Below are positions 1 to 42,570 of a stretch of DNA of 64,000 nucleotides, piece after piece. Positions within the stretch are counted from its first letter, which is position 1. Each line of letters opens with the position of its first letter. Origin of the DNA: the human T2T-CHM13v2.0 reference genome, Homo sapiens; NCBI RefSeq assembly GCF_009914755.1, contig NC_060926.1, one strand, 5' to 3'. The position numbers and the translations under genes were made by a program. The notes under the pieces were generated by a model. It was not told where the DNA came from and made no database searches. It saw only the letters and a program-made list of their open reading frames with translations.

Positions 1-1107
1 AGTTCTTGGAGCACAACAGGGTCACAGTGTGAGTCTCCACATGGTGTTTTGTCCATCCATGTGGGAGCTACACATTAGCACTGCCTCCTATCTGCCATCT
101 TCCCCTGATCTCAACAATTACCTTTTATAACTGTTTATTGCGTGGATTACCAGAAAACTCTCTGGTGCTCTTGAGAAAGGACAAATATTCTAGGTCTATC
201 CTAAGTGGTGACTTAAGGAATGATTGTTTTATGGCAAGATCTTTTAAAATGGCTTTATTTTTTAAAAAAGATAAATATGTTCATTGTAAAGAGTTGAAAC
301 TACTAATCAAAGTTAATCACTTGCACACACTTAAACACACTTGTATGCAGCTCTGTGGAGATGGGATTACATCCTACACCACAGACACTGCTGACCTCTG
401 ACCTACTATCCACACGCTTCCCACCCAAGATCCCAGACTTGGGTCAGGCATTCATCTCATCTCTCTCTTTAGAGGAGGATCCTGCTTAGTCCAGGCCAAT
501 CCACACAGGGCATTTTCCTGGCAACAGTTACCTATCTAAGGGAAGTACATGACTTTAGTTGGCTCAGCCTGACTAAAAAGAGCCATGAGCTTAGGGGGAG
601 AGGTTTTCTTCTTCTCTTCCCTCCCCTTTTCCTATGAATGTAATTTTTAAAAAACCACATATTCCTAACAGCTTCTCCAGCCACCTTGGGTGAAGATGAC
701 ACTGTGGATGGCAGAGGAGGAAGATACAAACAGCCAGGTCTCTGATGGCCTCTTCAAGAGACTACTTTTTGGTACCTGCATTCTTGGAACCATTTGGACC
801 AACCTTCAGACTTAGAATTATGTGAGCTATATTGTATGACCCAGGAGACAGAATGAGGTGATCTGTACAGCCAATAGGAAAAGATCTACAAAATATCAAA
901 TGAGGATGGGAAGATAGTACCCTGCAGAGTTTGATTTATGCAGAATTTTAAAGGATGCATATACTTACATTTTCTGATAAATGCATAAAATATTTTCCTG
1001 GAAAGATCCATAAGTAAACTGTAATCAGTGCTTACCTTTGAGAATACAGCAGGAAGTAGAGGCATGAAGGGAAAGGGACTTTTTCTTCTCATTTTGTACT
1101 TGTCTAT

Positions 1108-1268
<161 letters not shown>

Positions 1269-1564
1269 TAAGGTTTCATTTTTAACTGTATGCCTACATT
1301 ACTTGTATGTGTTTGCAGAAAGTAAAATCAACAGAGATGTGGTGATAGAATCTAATAGCAATTTTGTCATTTTCATGAACAAATATTTTATGCAATGGAA
1401 AATATTAAAACTCTGGGAATAAAGCGTGTTAATGCCTGTTCCTGGTTGCATATCTGCCAGTGGGGAGAATGCATCCTTGCAGGGTGAGGAGTCAGCCTTA
1501 GAAAGCAAGGCCTTTAGGAACCAGTTACCACTAAGCATACCCTATAACAACTCTTTGAGGTGCT

Positions 1565-1935
1565 GGTTTAGTCTGCTCAGGCTGCCATAACCAAGTACTC
1601 CCAGCCAAGTGGCTTAAACAGTAGAAATGTGTTTCCTTACAGTTCTGGAAGCCAAAATTCTGAGATCAGGATGCGGCAGGGTTGGTTTACAGTAAGGGCT
1701 CTCTGCTTGGCTGGTAGCTGGCCATCTCCTCTCTGTGTCTTCACACGGTGCTCCCTCTGTGTGTATCTGTGTCCAAGTTTCCTCTTCTAATAAGGACAGT
1801 CCTATTGGATCAGGGCCTGCTCTAAGGACCTCATTTTACTTGGATTACCTCTTTAAAGACCCTACCATATTCTGTGATACTGGGGGTTAGGACTTCAACA
1901 CATGAATTTTGAGGAGATACAATTCAGCCCATAAG
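1565..1935 (-). mobile_element. MaLR LTR (MLT1-type)
   Basis: ttagtctgctcaggctgccataac ... ggttaggacttcaacacatgaattt ... aattcagcccataa, typical of MLT1. Confidence 0.75.
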
Positions 1936-3860
1936 AAGTACTGATTACAACATCCACATTAGAGCTTAGGAAATGCAGGTTCAGAGAGGAGCATCAGACT
2001 GCCTCAGGTCACACAGCTTGAAAATGGCAGCACTGGGATTGCAAACCCAGACCTACTAGCACAGAGGCATCTCTACTCTACTCTGCAGCTACTAGGTAGT
2101 TTCAGCTGGGAAAATGAACAAAGTCCATATTCAGCCTGAGAATTCCACCCAATTCTATTTGCCAGTTATCCCCTAGATTCCACAGGATTTTGTGGAATTC
2201 TTTTTAAAACACTGCAATGTGACAATCAAGAGGTAGGGGCAAAGTCAACAGTGGTGGTTGAAAATAGAGGCCAAACCTTCTCCAATGCCTTCACAAGGCA
2301 GGGCACGCAGGAGCCCTGCTGTCTTTGGCTCCATCTCCTTCCCCTTCCCCTCACTCACTCCACTCCACTCCAGCCTCAATGGCTTCCTTTATGCTCCTCA
2401 AACATTCCCCAGGGCCTTTGCTCTAGCTATTCCCTTAGCCTGGATGATGCATTCCCCAGACACCCAAGTGTTTGCTCAGATCGTACCTTCTTAGGGAGGC
2501 AGACCCTGATCCCCACCCTACTGAACTCTTCAGCCCACCGCTGCCCTCCTGCTCCCCTCCCCCTTGATCTTTTACTTCCTTGCATTGCCCTTATCACCTT
2601 CTGCCACACGATATGATTCTTTATATCTTCCATTTATTCTTAACTATCTGTGTACTCCTGATAGAACACAATCTCCACAAGGGTGGAGATCTTTAATTTG
2701 TGCACAGGTATTTCCCAAGCACCTAAAATAGTGTCCAGAAAACAGAAGGTTTTCAAAAACTGTTTGTTGAATGAGACTTTCTGTAAGTGGTGTGGAATGG
2801 TTTCCATTAAGAGGGGACTGGTGGGAAAAAGTGGAACCTTCACATAATGGAGTACTGTTCAGCCATAAAAAGAAATGGAGTCTGTCTCTGGATACTATGA
2901 AGTGATGGCCAGGATATATTCAGTGAAAAAGCAAGGTAGAGATAAATGTGTATAGCATATTGCTATTCATCTAAGATAGAATATGAATATATAAACATAT
3001 TTGCTTATATTAAAATACCAAAGGCAGGACATACTAAAAACTTCTTTCAAAGTTATCTTTGGAAGAATGAGGAAAAGGACTCACCCTTAATGCTCAGATT
3101 GTAGTCCTTAAATAGCCTATTTTACAAGAAGAAGCAGAGATCCTTGGAGAAATGGATGATTCCAGGTCTGGAGAAGGAAATACACAAATAAACCTAAAAC
3201 ATCTTGTCATACCAGGAACCAAGGAGGCTGTCTGAGATGGCTAGCAGCATGTCCGAAGGGCTCAGGGACAAAATTAAAGAGCTTCTGCTAGCCAGAATAA
3301 GGCCATTTCTCCACCAATAAGGATAATAATGGCAAAACATTGAAACATATTAAGTATGCTAAAAGTCTGTGCATTTCTAATGATACAGATATATAACTAG
3401 AGAATGCTTAGAAAATCACTTCATTATTTAGAAAACTGGTAAGCAGAGGGGAAGATTCAAGCATCTTGAAAGGTGGGATACTGCTTTTCTGAGTCAAACT
3501 ATATTCAGAGTAACCAAACTGTAGATAATGGAAAGCTTCTCTTTATTGAAGTATTCCAGCTGAGAAATGAAAAAGAAATGTACAATTAAAATATAACCAC
3601 AAGCAATCCCTGATGAGTTAGTGGATATGGGCAATGACCATCAGTGACTACTAACATCACACAAAAAAGAAAAATGTCTTTTTCTCCCAATGCGAGAACA
3701 CACTAACACCTAAGACACACTTTTGCCAAAAATTAGAACTTGAATCTGTCCAGGTCTCCAGTTCTAATGCTGAGTTTTGAGGAATACAGGCAACCAAGGA
3801 ATGTGCTAAATGACACCAGAGGGATGTAATTAATAAAATCCAGATTGCAGAAAACTCTAG

Positions 3861-4230
<370 letters not shown>

Positions 4231-6219
4231 CAAAAGAGACTTAAAAGACATATTGGCCAATTGGCCAATTTCAATTTGGATCCTAGTTTGAACAAAAAAA
4301 TTGTTAAAAAAATTATGTGACAGAGAAAATTGAACTAACTGGATATTTGATAATTTTAAAGGATTATTACATTTTTAGATGTGATAATGATGTTGTTATT
4401 ACATTTTATAAAGAAGTCTTACTTTTTAGAGATGATCATATCTTTTTAGAGATGTTTATGCATAAAATGATGAGGAGTGAGGGGGCATACAAATGGAACA
4501 TGGTTGACTATGAGTTAATCAGTGTGAAGCTGTATGACAGTGGCATGAGAGTTTATTATATTTTTCTTTCTACTTTTGTATATATTTTAAATTATCCATA
4601 ATATATTTTTAAAATGTACAACTCTTTCCAATTTGACTCCTTAAATTTAGCAGCATTAATATTGAGAGTTACTTTAAGATATCCCCTAAAATTCCTGGGA
4701 TTTTCATGGTCACACATCAGGTACCCAATAGCTACATGTTCCTGTCTCTAAAATATGGTGAAAAACATCTGACCTGTTTGGAGGCATCACCCAGTTGTTT
4801 GGAGGCAAACTTGTGCACAGTAGTGATCTCCTCGGTTCACTCTGAGTCATCAATTCTGGAGCTCTCAGTTTGTGGAGAAATTTTCTAGAAACTGGAGAGA
4901 GAGGGGTAAAATAATAGGAGACATACAATAAAGCCAATGACACCATAATGGGGCTGTCAGGAGGCAGAAAAGGAGACGAGCAAAAAGAAACAAACAACAT
5001 AAACATATGGATACATAATAAGTAAGAGTTACATCAGCGTTTCCCAAACCTGGCTGCCAGGTAGAATCATTTGCAGCACTTGTTTAAAATTTAGATGCCC
5101 AAATCCTGTCTCTGAAAATGCTGACTTAGGTCTGGTGTTGGGTCCCCTGCACTGTATTTTGAAACAAGTCCACAGGTGGTTTCCATTCCTGGTAGAGTAG
5201 GGGAGCCACTGATCTGCACTGCTAATTACAAACAATTCACCAGGGTTTTTGGGGGGCTTACAGTGGCTGTAGTCTTCAAACCTGGTATTTTCAAAATCCA
5301 TTACCTCAGCATGGGAAAAAAGACTAGAAAAATAAAGCCCTGGTGAGCAGGGAATTAGATTTTTAGAAGTGTACTGAAACTCAAAAGTTGAAGTACATTT
5401 GATTCTCATTATTCTGGTTATAAAGTGACCACAAACAGTGAATTAGCAAATACTGAACCATTGCTCCTAGAGGACATACAGGTTTGGGTTCCTGCAAGTC
5501 TCTGGTCACAGTATTTTCATCAATCAGTCAATATACAACGTTGTTTTATGTGCCAAATTAACCGACGCAGAGCTCTAAATTATGCAGCTCAACTTCATAT
5601 GAAATACAGGACAACAATCAGGTCTTTGGGGGTGGAGGTGGGAGGATGTATTGCTCTGCATTCAAGCAGTAAAAACATGTGACACTCAAATTAGGAGGAT
5701 ATGAGGAGAGTTTAATCAAAGGACTACTTACAAAGGTGGGGGTGGGGGGTGAAATGTAGCAGGTCCAGAACAATCTCTAGGGCTGGGGAGGCAGAGCTAG
5801 CACCACCCTCTCAGCCCTGTCCTCAGGCCCAAGGGAGAAGGGGGAGGAGCAACTCCTGCCTGGAGGAGAAGGGAGTATGGAGAGACACTGCCCTCAGAGG
5901 GGCAAGTGCAAAGTGAAAATGTGAGCCCTTCTGTCCAAAAAGCAGGCAAAACGTGACATTAAAGCATAAATTATTTTGTTGTTCCTCAGGTAAGTCTCCC
6001 CACTTCTCCTCTCTCCTTTTTCTCTTTTATCCTTTTCTCTTCCTCTCTCCTTGTCACATTGCTATTTATTTGCTATTTAATGTTACAGTCCCTCTTCCCT
6101 CTGGCATGGGGATAGTGCATATCTTAGGGGACAGTGCAGACCCTCAAAGATGTCTATGGGCCCCACCCTGCATCTCAATCCATACTGCTTAGCCTTATTC
6201 TTTCCCAACCATTCATTTT

Positions 6220-6700
<481 letters not shown>

Positions 6701-6804
6701 AATTAAACGAGCCATTAAGATATAAATGATATATGCATGCTGTGATTTAGTCTATGGATTTATTCTAAAATTGCTAAAATGTCACCATGTAGTGACCATG
6801 AAAA

Positions 6805-7740
6805 TCCCTTCAAAAAATCAATGAATCCAGGAGCTGTTTTTTTGAAAAAATTAACAAAATAGATAGTCTGCTAGCTAGACAAATAAGGAAGAAAAGACAG
6901 AATAACCAAATTGACACAATAAAAAATGATGAAGGAAATATCACCATTGATCCCACAGAAATACAAACTACTCTCAGAAAGTACTGTAAACACCTCTACG
7001 CAAATAAACTAGAAAATCTAGAAGAAATGAATAAATTCCTGGAAACAAACACCCTCCCAAGACTAAATCAGGAAGAAATCGAATCCCTGAATACACTAAT
7101 AACAAGTTCTGAAATTAAGGCAGTAATTAATAGCCTACCAATCAAAAAAAGCCTAGGACCAGACGGATTCACAGCCAAATTCTACCAGAGGTACAAAGAG
7201 GAGCTGGTACCATTTATCCTGTAACTATTCCAAACAATTGAAAAGGAGGGACTCCTCCCTAACTCATCTTGTGAGGCCAGCATCATCCTGATACCCAAAC
7301 CTGGCAGAGACACAACAAAAAAAGAAAACTTCAAGCCAATATCCCTGATGAACATTGATGTGAAAATCCTCAATAAAATACTGGCAAACTGAATCCAGTA
7401 GCACATTAAAAAGTTTATTCACTATGATCAAGTTGGCTTCATCCCTTGGATGCAAGGTTGGTTCAACATATGTAAATCAATAAATGTAATCCATCACATA
7501 AACAGAATCAATGACAAAAACCACATGATTATCTCAATAGATGTAGAAAAAGCCTTTGATAAAATTGAACATCACTTCATGTTAAAAACTCTCAATAAAC
7601 TAGGTATTGATGGAACATAAAATAATAAGAGCTATTTATGACAAACCCATAGCCAAGATTATACTAAATGGGCAAAAGCTGGAAGCATTCCCTTTACAAA
7701 CCACCACAAGGCAAGAATGCCCTCTCTTACCACTCCCTTG
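6805..7740 (+). mobile_element. LINE-1 (L1PA-type) internal ORF2 fragment, degenerate
   Basis: ORF 7027..7224 [22 protein letters not shown]...[19 protein letters not shown] matches L1 ORF2; stops and frameshifts present. Confidence 0.92.
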
Positions 7741-7909
7741 AATACAGGGAATTTGACAAAAAGATGCCACAGATCTAAAACTGTGCCAACCCCAAGGCTG
7801 GAGGAACCAAGGTAAGAGTTTGGGGTTCTCAGAACCTTAATGATTGAAGAAATAGAAAGTGGGGCTGAAATTCTGAGAAGGAACCACCACCTGGCTGAGG
7901 GAGGGGTGT

Positions 7910-8147
7910 CTCAGAGGTGGGACGACCACCTGACTGTGCTGGTGTCTCTGGAGTGGAGGGTTTCTCAGAGGTGCAATGACCACCTGGCTGTGCTGGTGTT
8001 TCTGGAGTGGTGGAGGATCTCTCAGAGGTGGGACGACCACCTGACTGTGCTGGTGTCTCTGGAGTGGAGGAGGGTTTCTCAGAGGTGCAATGACCACCTG
8101 GCTGTGCTGGTGTTTCTGGAGTGGTGGAGGGATCTCTCAGAGGTGGA
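7910..8147. repeat. Minisatellite, 54-58 bp monomers alternating A/B, about 4.2 copies
   Basis: tcagaggtg recurs at 7911, 7965, 8022, 8079, 8137. Confidence 0.92.
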
Positions 8148-8869
8148 ATGAGAGTCAGGCAATAATCCCAAACAAAAACATGAAATTTGTGTGGTTTTCA
8201 TTTTGGTTTTGCTTTGTATTTTAGTAGAGACAGGTTTCCACCATGTTGGCCAGGCTGGTCTTGAACTCCTGACCTCGTGATCTGCCCACCTCAGCCTCCC
8301 AAAGTGCTGGGAATATAGGCGTAAGCCACTGCGCCCACCCTATCTTTTGGTTATTAATCCCTTATCAGATAGATAGTTTGCAGCTAATTTCTCCCCTTCT
8401 GTGGGTTTTCCCTTCACTTTTTTCCCTTATTGTTCAAAGCCAAGCTCAAGTCCTACCCCTTTGTGAAAACTTCCTTGACCACTCTACTACAGTGTTCGCT
8501 TTTTCTATCCTTTGAGTTCCTATCACATTACTATCCCATTCCTCTGGCATCAGTCATCTATTATGGCCTATCTTTTCTTGTACTATTCCCTTTTTTGTGG
8601 TTGCAATAGTATGGTGAGATAAAGGGCTCTTGCCTGGAGAGGCTTGGCAGGACTGTGTATGGTAGAATGGCTTTGATGAAACCCCCACCATCCAGGATCT
8701 GATTCTTAGCTGACAAGACACTGTGTTGTCAGTATCCCAAAAGCCAACCAATGTCTGACAATTAATCAGCAGATATTTATTGACTGCCTCTGCCACGTCA
8801 GGTGCTGTGCTAGGCATAGGTCCACGTTAGCTACCCGTGTCCAACTTCCTATCTCTCACCAGAGCTTAA

Positions 8870-9830
<961 letters not shown>

Positions 9831-9854
9831 TGATGCACTTCTTTTTTTTGTGGT

Positions 9855-10352
9855 CCTCAACCTTTTTTGTGGTCCTTGACCTTTTTGGCACCATGGACCA
9901 GTTTCATGGAAAGCAATTTTTCCACAGACGGTGGTGGTGGAGATGGTTTCAGGATGATTCAAGCATATTACATTTATTGTGTACTTTGGAGATGGTTTCA
10001 GGATGATTCAAGCATATTACATTTATTGTGTACTTTACTTCTATTACTACATTGTAATATATAATGAGATAATTACACAACTCACTATAAGGTAGAATCT
10101 GTGGGGGTCCTGAGCTTGTTTTCCCGCAACTAGATGGTCTCATCTGAGGGTGATGGGAGACAGTGACAGATCATCAGGCATCAGATTCTCATAAGGAGCA
10201 CCCAACCTAGATCCCTCACATGCACAGTTCACAATAGGGTTTGTGCCCCTATAAGAATCTGATGTGACCGATGATCTGACAGGAGGCAGATGGTGATGCA
10301 AGTGATAAGGAGAGGATGTAAATACAGAGGAAGCTTCACTTAGGGACCACTG
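9855..10352. mobile_element. MER1-type hAT-Charlie DNA transposon with an internal 49-bp tandem duplication (9939-10036)
   Basis: ctttttggcaccatggaccagtttcatggaaagcaatttttccacagac ... gggaccactg, MER1-like termini. Confidence 0.75.
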
Positions 10353-10361
10353 CTCTAGTTG

Positions 10362-12188
<1,827 letters not shown>

Positions 12189-12255
12189 TAGAGGGAAGAC
12201 TACACCATTGTTCTAGATGGTTCAAAATTTGGCTTATCTATAGTAACCAGGTCAT

Positions 12256-12381
12256 TTTATTCATTTACTTGTTTCTATTATATATTCATGAATACTTCAA
12301 TTTTCATACGTATTTCATATATATACCATTCAAATTAAACAATATACAACAGGTTATTGTTAACAATTATAAACATTTATT
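12256..12381 (-). terminator. Candidate polyadenylation signals AATAAA (12376-12381, 12256-12261) for the long isoform
   Basis: TTTATT on the plus strand about 0.8-0.95 kb past the stop at 13210, in AT-rich sequence. Confidence 0.35.
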
Positions 12382-12809
12382 AAGCACCAAGAATATACTG
12401 TGGTGGTTGCTATATGAAAACATAATTACCAATATAGTATCCCTACCATTGAGCTTACAATCTAAAACGAAATACAAGGCTATGAGCCTATCTAAAAACT
12501 TCCTTAACTTAGAAATGGCTACTTTGGCAAATGAGTGAGGCAAAATGACCTATTATTCAGATGCAGTGCTAATAAGGCTCTGAATATCATCCAAAGAATG
12601 TTTTACTCGTACCCATTGTTCCTGATTATGTTACACTTGCTAAGAAAAACAGTACTTAGAATTTTGGCATGAACAATGAATTATTTCAAATTGTCTTGTA
12701 GGACTTTAAACAAAGAGATGCTTACTGGCCTAAGTTTTCCAGCAGCCAGGGAAAGCCCTATTAAAAATATTATGAACTAGACCAAGTTTCTCTTTTAATC
12801 CACTTACAC

Positions 12810-13068
12810 TTTTTTTTTTTTTTTTTTGAGACAGAGTCTTGCTCTGTCACCCAGGCTGGAGTGCAGCGGCGCGGTCTCGGCTCACTGCAAGCTCCGCCTC
12901 CTGGGTTCAAGCCATTCTCCTGCCTCAGCCTCCTGAGGAGCTGGGACTACAGGCGACCGCCACCACGCCTGGCTAATGTTTTTTTTGTATTTTTAGTAGA
13001 GATGGGGTTTCACCGTGTTAGCCAGGATAGTCTCGATCTCCTGACCTCGTGATCCGCTCCCCTTGGCC
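12810..13068 (-). mobile_element. 5'-truncated AluY-like element in the 3' UTR of the long isoform (sense to the gene)
   Basis: T-run 12810-12827; Y-type diagnostics gcaagctccgcc and ccattctcc. Confidence 0.88.
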
Positions 13069-13209
13069 CAAATTTCTGATGACTACAAATACACGCCCAA
13101 AAGTTGCAGGGGGGGAAGAAAGCAAAAGACAGAAACAGAACAAAAACATATTCCAAAGGACTAACCAAAGGAGAAAGTAGTGAAAATGATGACACAGGGA
13201 TAGAAAAGT

Positions 13210-39247
<26,038 letters not shown>

Positions 39248-39371
39248 CGTGGGTGCTTGAGAGCTCTGAGCACAGGGATGAGAATGGCAGGACACAGAGC
39301 CAGGAGAAACAATATCCAGGCCTCCCTGCTTCCCAGCCAGGGTCACTCCCACTGTTCCCACGCACGTCAGC
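39248..39371 (-). CDS. Putative in-frame 5' extension of LIMS3/4 exon 1 (LTCVGTVGVTLAGKQGG...QAPT), otherwise 5' UTR
   Basis: AG at 39373-39372 (ggcgggccag|G, weak pyrimidine tract); 124 nt, stop-free and in frame with ATG 39247. Confidence 0.45.
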
Positions 39372-39568
39372 CTGGCCCGCCAGGGTCACTGCTGCTGCTT
39401 CATGTTAAGAGCTCAGCAGCACAGTACACAGTTACATGGCAGTCAGGATTTACTGAGGCATTCTGGAAGTTCTAAAATAACATTCCACAAAGTAGTGACA
39501 CAGTCTTTGTCAGAGCGGCAGTCCCAGTGGACTATGCTATAAACACTGCACCAGGAGACCGGGGCTAC

Positions 39569-39654
39569 CTTGTAAGCCTCCAAGAGAAAGAAATATCCAC
39601 ACGTGCCTTGCATATTTGCCACAAGACTTCATCAACAATGCCGTGCTTTTCACT
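39569..39654 (-). CDS. Putative exon C (SEKHGIVDEVLWQICKARVDISFSWRLT)
   Basis: Acceptor cttatgccctccag|, donor ACAAG|gtagcc, 86 nt; phase 0 in, phase 2 out; open frame. Confidence 0.5.
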
Positions 39655-40114
39655 CTGGAGGGCATAAGAGGCTTTTGGAGACCTTGTAAAACATCCCCCT
39701 GACAAGCTCTCCCTGAGGCTGAGGCTGCTGGCACACTCTGAGGAGCATTTGAACCCTGCCTGGACCTGGGCTTCCACAACCCTGGCCATGACTGCCAGCT
39801 ATGCCTGATGGGTCCCTTCCCCAGGAGGCCATGAGCCCCTAAAACTAAGAGCTACGTTTGACTTCTATCACCTTTGCTACTGGTACATAGTCACAAATGT
39901 ACTCAGTCCAATCTCAGCTTCAATGAATGGGCACAAGTGGAAACAGACAAGGGCCAGTGTTTAGTTATAACTCTTCTACTGGACTCCAGCTAACCTCAAA
40001 GCTTAGGTGAGCCGATGTTTCTCAGTCTCTATCATGACTAAGGAAACTGTTACATACTTTGGCATTCTTGCTATATTCAGTCCACACTCCTGTCTCCTGT
40101 GATTGAGTTAGCAA

Positions 40115-40700
40115 TGCGAAAGGAAACTAAATCACTAAGCCAAGGAAAAAGTCAAGCTGGAAACTACGTCAGGCAAACTTGCCTCCTGTTTTATTGCTAA
40201 ATAAGATAGCTACAAAGATAACAACCTACATCCCTCCCTCACCATTTGCCCGCAAGAAAACTCCTTACGGAAAAAGGACAGACACAACTCAAAGTCATCC
40301 CTTTGAGGCTCACCTGAGACAAATGCATAACTGATTGCTTCCTCTGCCCTATTGTTCACGTAAAAATGTAGGTTCACTGAGCCAGACACAATTGTGTATT
40401 CATCGGAAGGCTGATCAAGGACTCAAAAGAATGCAACTTTTTGTCTCTTATCTACTTCTGGCCTGGAAACCCCCTACTTCGAATTGTTCCACCTTACTGG
40501 ACTGAACCAATGTACATCTTACATATATTGATTGATGTCTCATGTCTCCCTGAAATGTATAAAAGCAAGCTGTACCCCGACCACCCCGGGGCGCATGTTG
40601 TCAGGACCTCCTGAGGCTGTGTCATGGGTGCGTCATTAACTTTGGCAAAATACATGTTCTAAATTGAGTAAGACTTGTCTCATATACTTTTTGGTTTACA
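40115..40700 (+). mobile_element. MER4A-type ERV1 solo LTR
   Basis: tgcgaaaggaaa...cactaagccaaggaaaaagtcaagctgg start, ...ttggtttaca end; 4-bp TSD gcaa at 40111-40114 and 40701-40704. Confidence 0.82.
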
Positions 40701-42169
40701 GCAATGATGACAATCATGATGTAGCACTAGAGACAACTAAAGGGCTCAGAATCTTTCTCACGTCCCCGTCCTCTCAGGGCAGTGTGCCACCCACCAAAAC
40801 CAAGAGACTGTGAAATAAAATCTACAGAACAGGCGCAAGGCACACTGATGGACAGTCACGGAACCAGCAGCGACAAACAAAATGCAGCCAGAGACACCAA
40901 GTAACAACCATAAATAATGATATCCAAGAGTCAGTGAGTGCTTCCTATCACATCCCTTAATCCTTCCCACGGCTTCTGAGATAGGTGTTAGTTACAAATG
41001 AAGAAACTGAGGCACAAAGAGACTGAATAACTACTAAGGAGGTGGTGGAGTCAAGATTTAAACCTAGGCACTCTGAGTCCAGAGCCTATGTTGTTAATCC
41101 CTATGTGAGAAAATGTTAAACATAATTACTGGGAAGCACAATGGTTAGCCAGAAAAGATGAGGGAGTGGGTACCAGATAGGACTGGAAGCAGGGGACCAA
41201 GTCTTTCTACTTTGAATCCTAAAAATCTCAGAGGATAGGTCAAGAATTCAAAGGCTGTGGGCTACAGATCCTGCCCAGGCCCAAAGCCTATGGCTGATGA
41301 AACAAGGGAACCACCATATTTAAATAAGAAAGGAACAACCTCATGGTTTAAAATTTTTCCTTTCAATTTATCTACATTTCCTAATTTTTTAGGTTTCTTT
41401 TTTACAATGACCATGTGAAACAGTGAGGAGGCAGGGAGGGAGGGAAAGAAAGAGACAGACAGACAGATGGATGAGGACAGAGGCAGGCTGACTCAGACCA
41501 GAAATTTAATGCATCCGGTGGGGGTGGCATGGTAGGAGGCAGGAAGCCACGTGAGCCTTCTGCTCAGAATTCTCCCTCACAGTCTCCCCAGTGCTCACAT
41601 CTTACGTGACTACAGTACAGGAGCAAAACCAGGAATCTGACATTGCAGCAATGCATGTGTGCGGGTCTCTGTCATTTCATCACATGGGCAGCTTCCTGTA
41701 ACAACAGCCTCTATCAAGTTACAGGACTATTCCATCACCACAGACTTCTCTTTCATGTTATCTCTGACCATCACATACCTCTGCACACTCCAACACTCCT
41801 AACCTCTGGCAACCACTCATGTGTTTTTCATTTATATGATTCTGTTATTTAAAGAATGTTACCAAATGGAATCGTTCATGTGACATCTTCATTCAGCACA
41901 ATGCCCTGAGACCAATCCAAGTTGCTCCACATGTCCACAGTTTGCTCTTGTTTACTGCCACGTAGTATTCCATGACATGGATGCATAGTTTGTTTCACTG
42001 TTCACCCGCTGAAGAGCATTTAAGTACTTTCCTTCCAATTTGTGGCACTGTGAATGAAACTATAGAAATTTCTGTATTGAATATATTTTTATTTCTCTGG
42101 GATAAATGCCCAACAGTAAAATTGCTGAGTTGTATGGTAAGTGAATGCTTAGGTTTTAAAGAAACTGCC

Positions 42170-42570
42170 TGTCATATTGTGACTTTTAATAATAAATCTA
42201 TTCTTGGTCTCCGCCCCCATTTCCTGGCACAGGACTCCTAAAACTCTTGGACTCTCTGAAGTGGTAAGTGTCTTTTGTAGGCTAATGTGACAGGTGTGGG
42301 GGTGGCTGCTGGAGAATCAACCATGCAATAAGAAGGCTGCAACTTTCAGCTCCAGCCCCAACCCCTTGGAAGGGAGAGGAGTTGTGGTCAATGATCAAAT
42401 CAATCATGCCTATGAAAAGAAGCCTCCATAAAAACTCAATAGGACAGTTTAGGGGAACTTCTGGGTTGCTGAACATATGGAGGTGCTGGGAGGGTGGCGC
42501 TCCCAGAGGAGAGAAGCTCTGCTCTGTTTCCCCACACCTTGCCCCATTATCTCTTCCATCTGGCTGTTCT
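42170..42570 (+). mobile_element. MER21-family LTR fragment
   Basis: Similar to the element at 27037 (ttcctggcacaggactcctaaaactcttgg). Confidence 0.6.

Noticed and set aside
122-200. Possible minus-strand exon (cacttag| ... AAAAG|gtaatt)
   Set aside because: Weak acceptor, stops in all three frames and no recognisable homology.
4252-4269. Perfect 18-bp palindrome ATTGGCCAATTGGCCAAT
   Set aside because: Explained by a tandem duplication of the palindromic 8-mer TTGGCCAA in old repeat-like sequence.
7837-8151. Repetitive ORFs on both strands and an array superficially like CRISPR
   Set aside because: Contiguous minisatellite with no unique spacers and no cas genes, in mammalian DNA.
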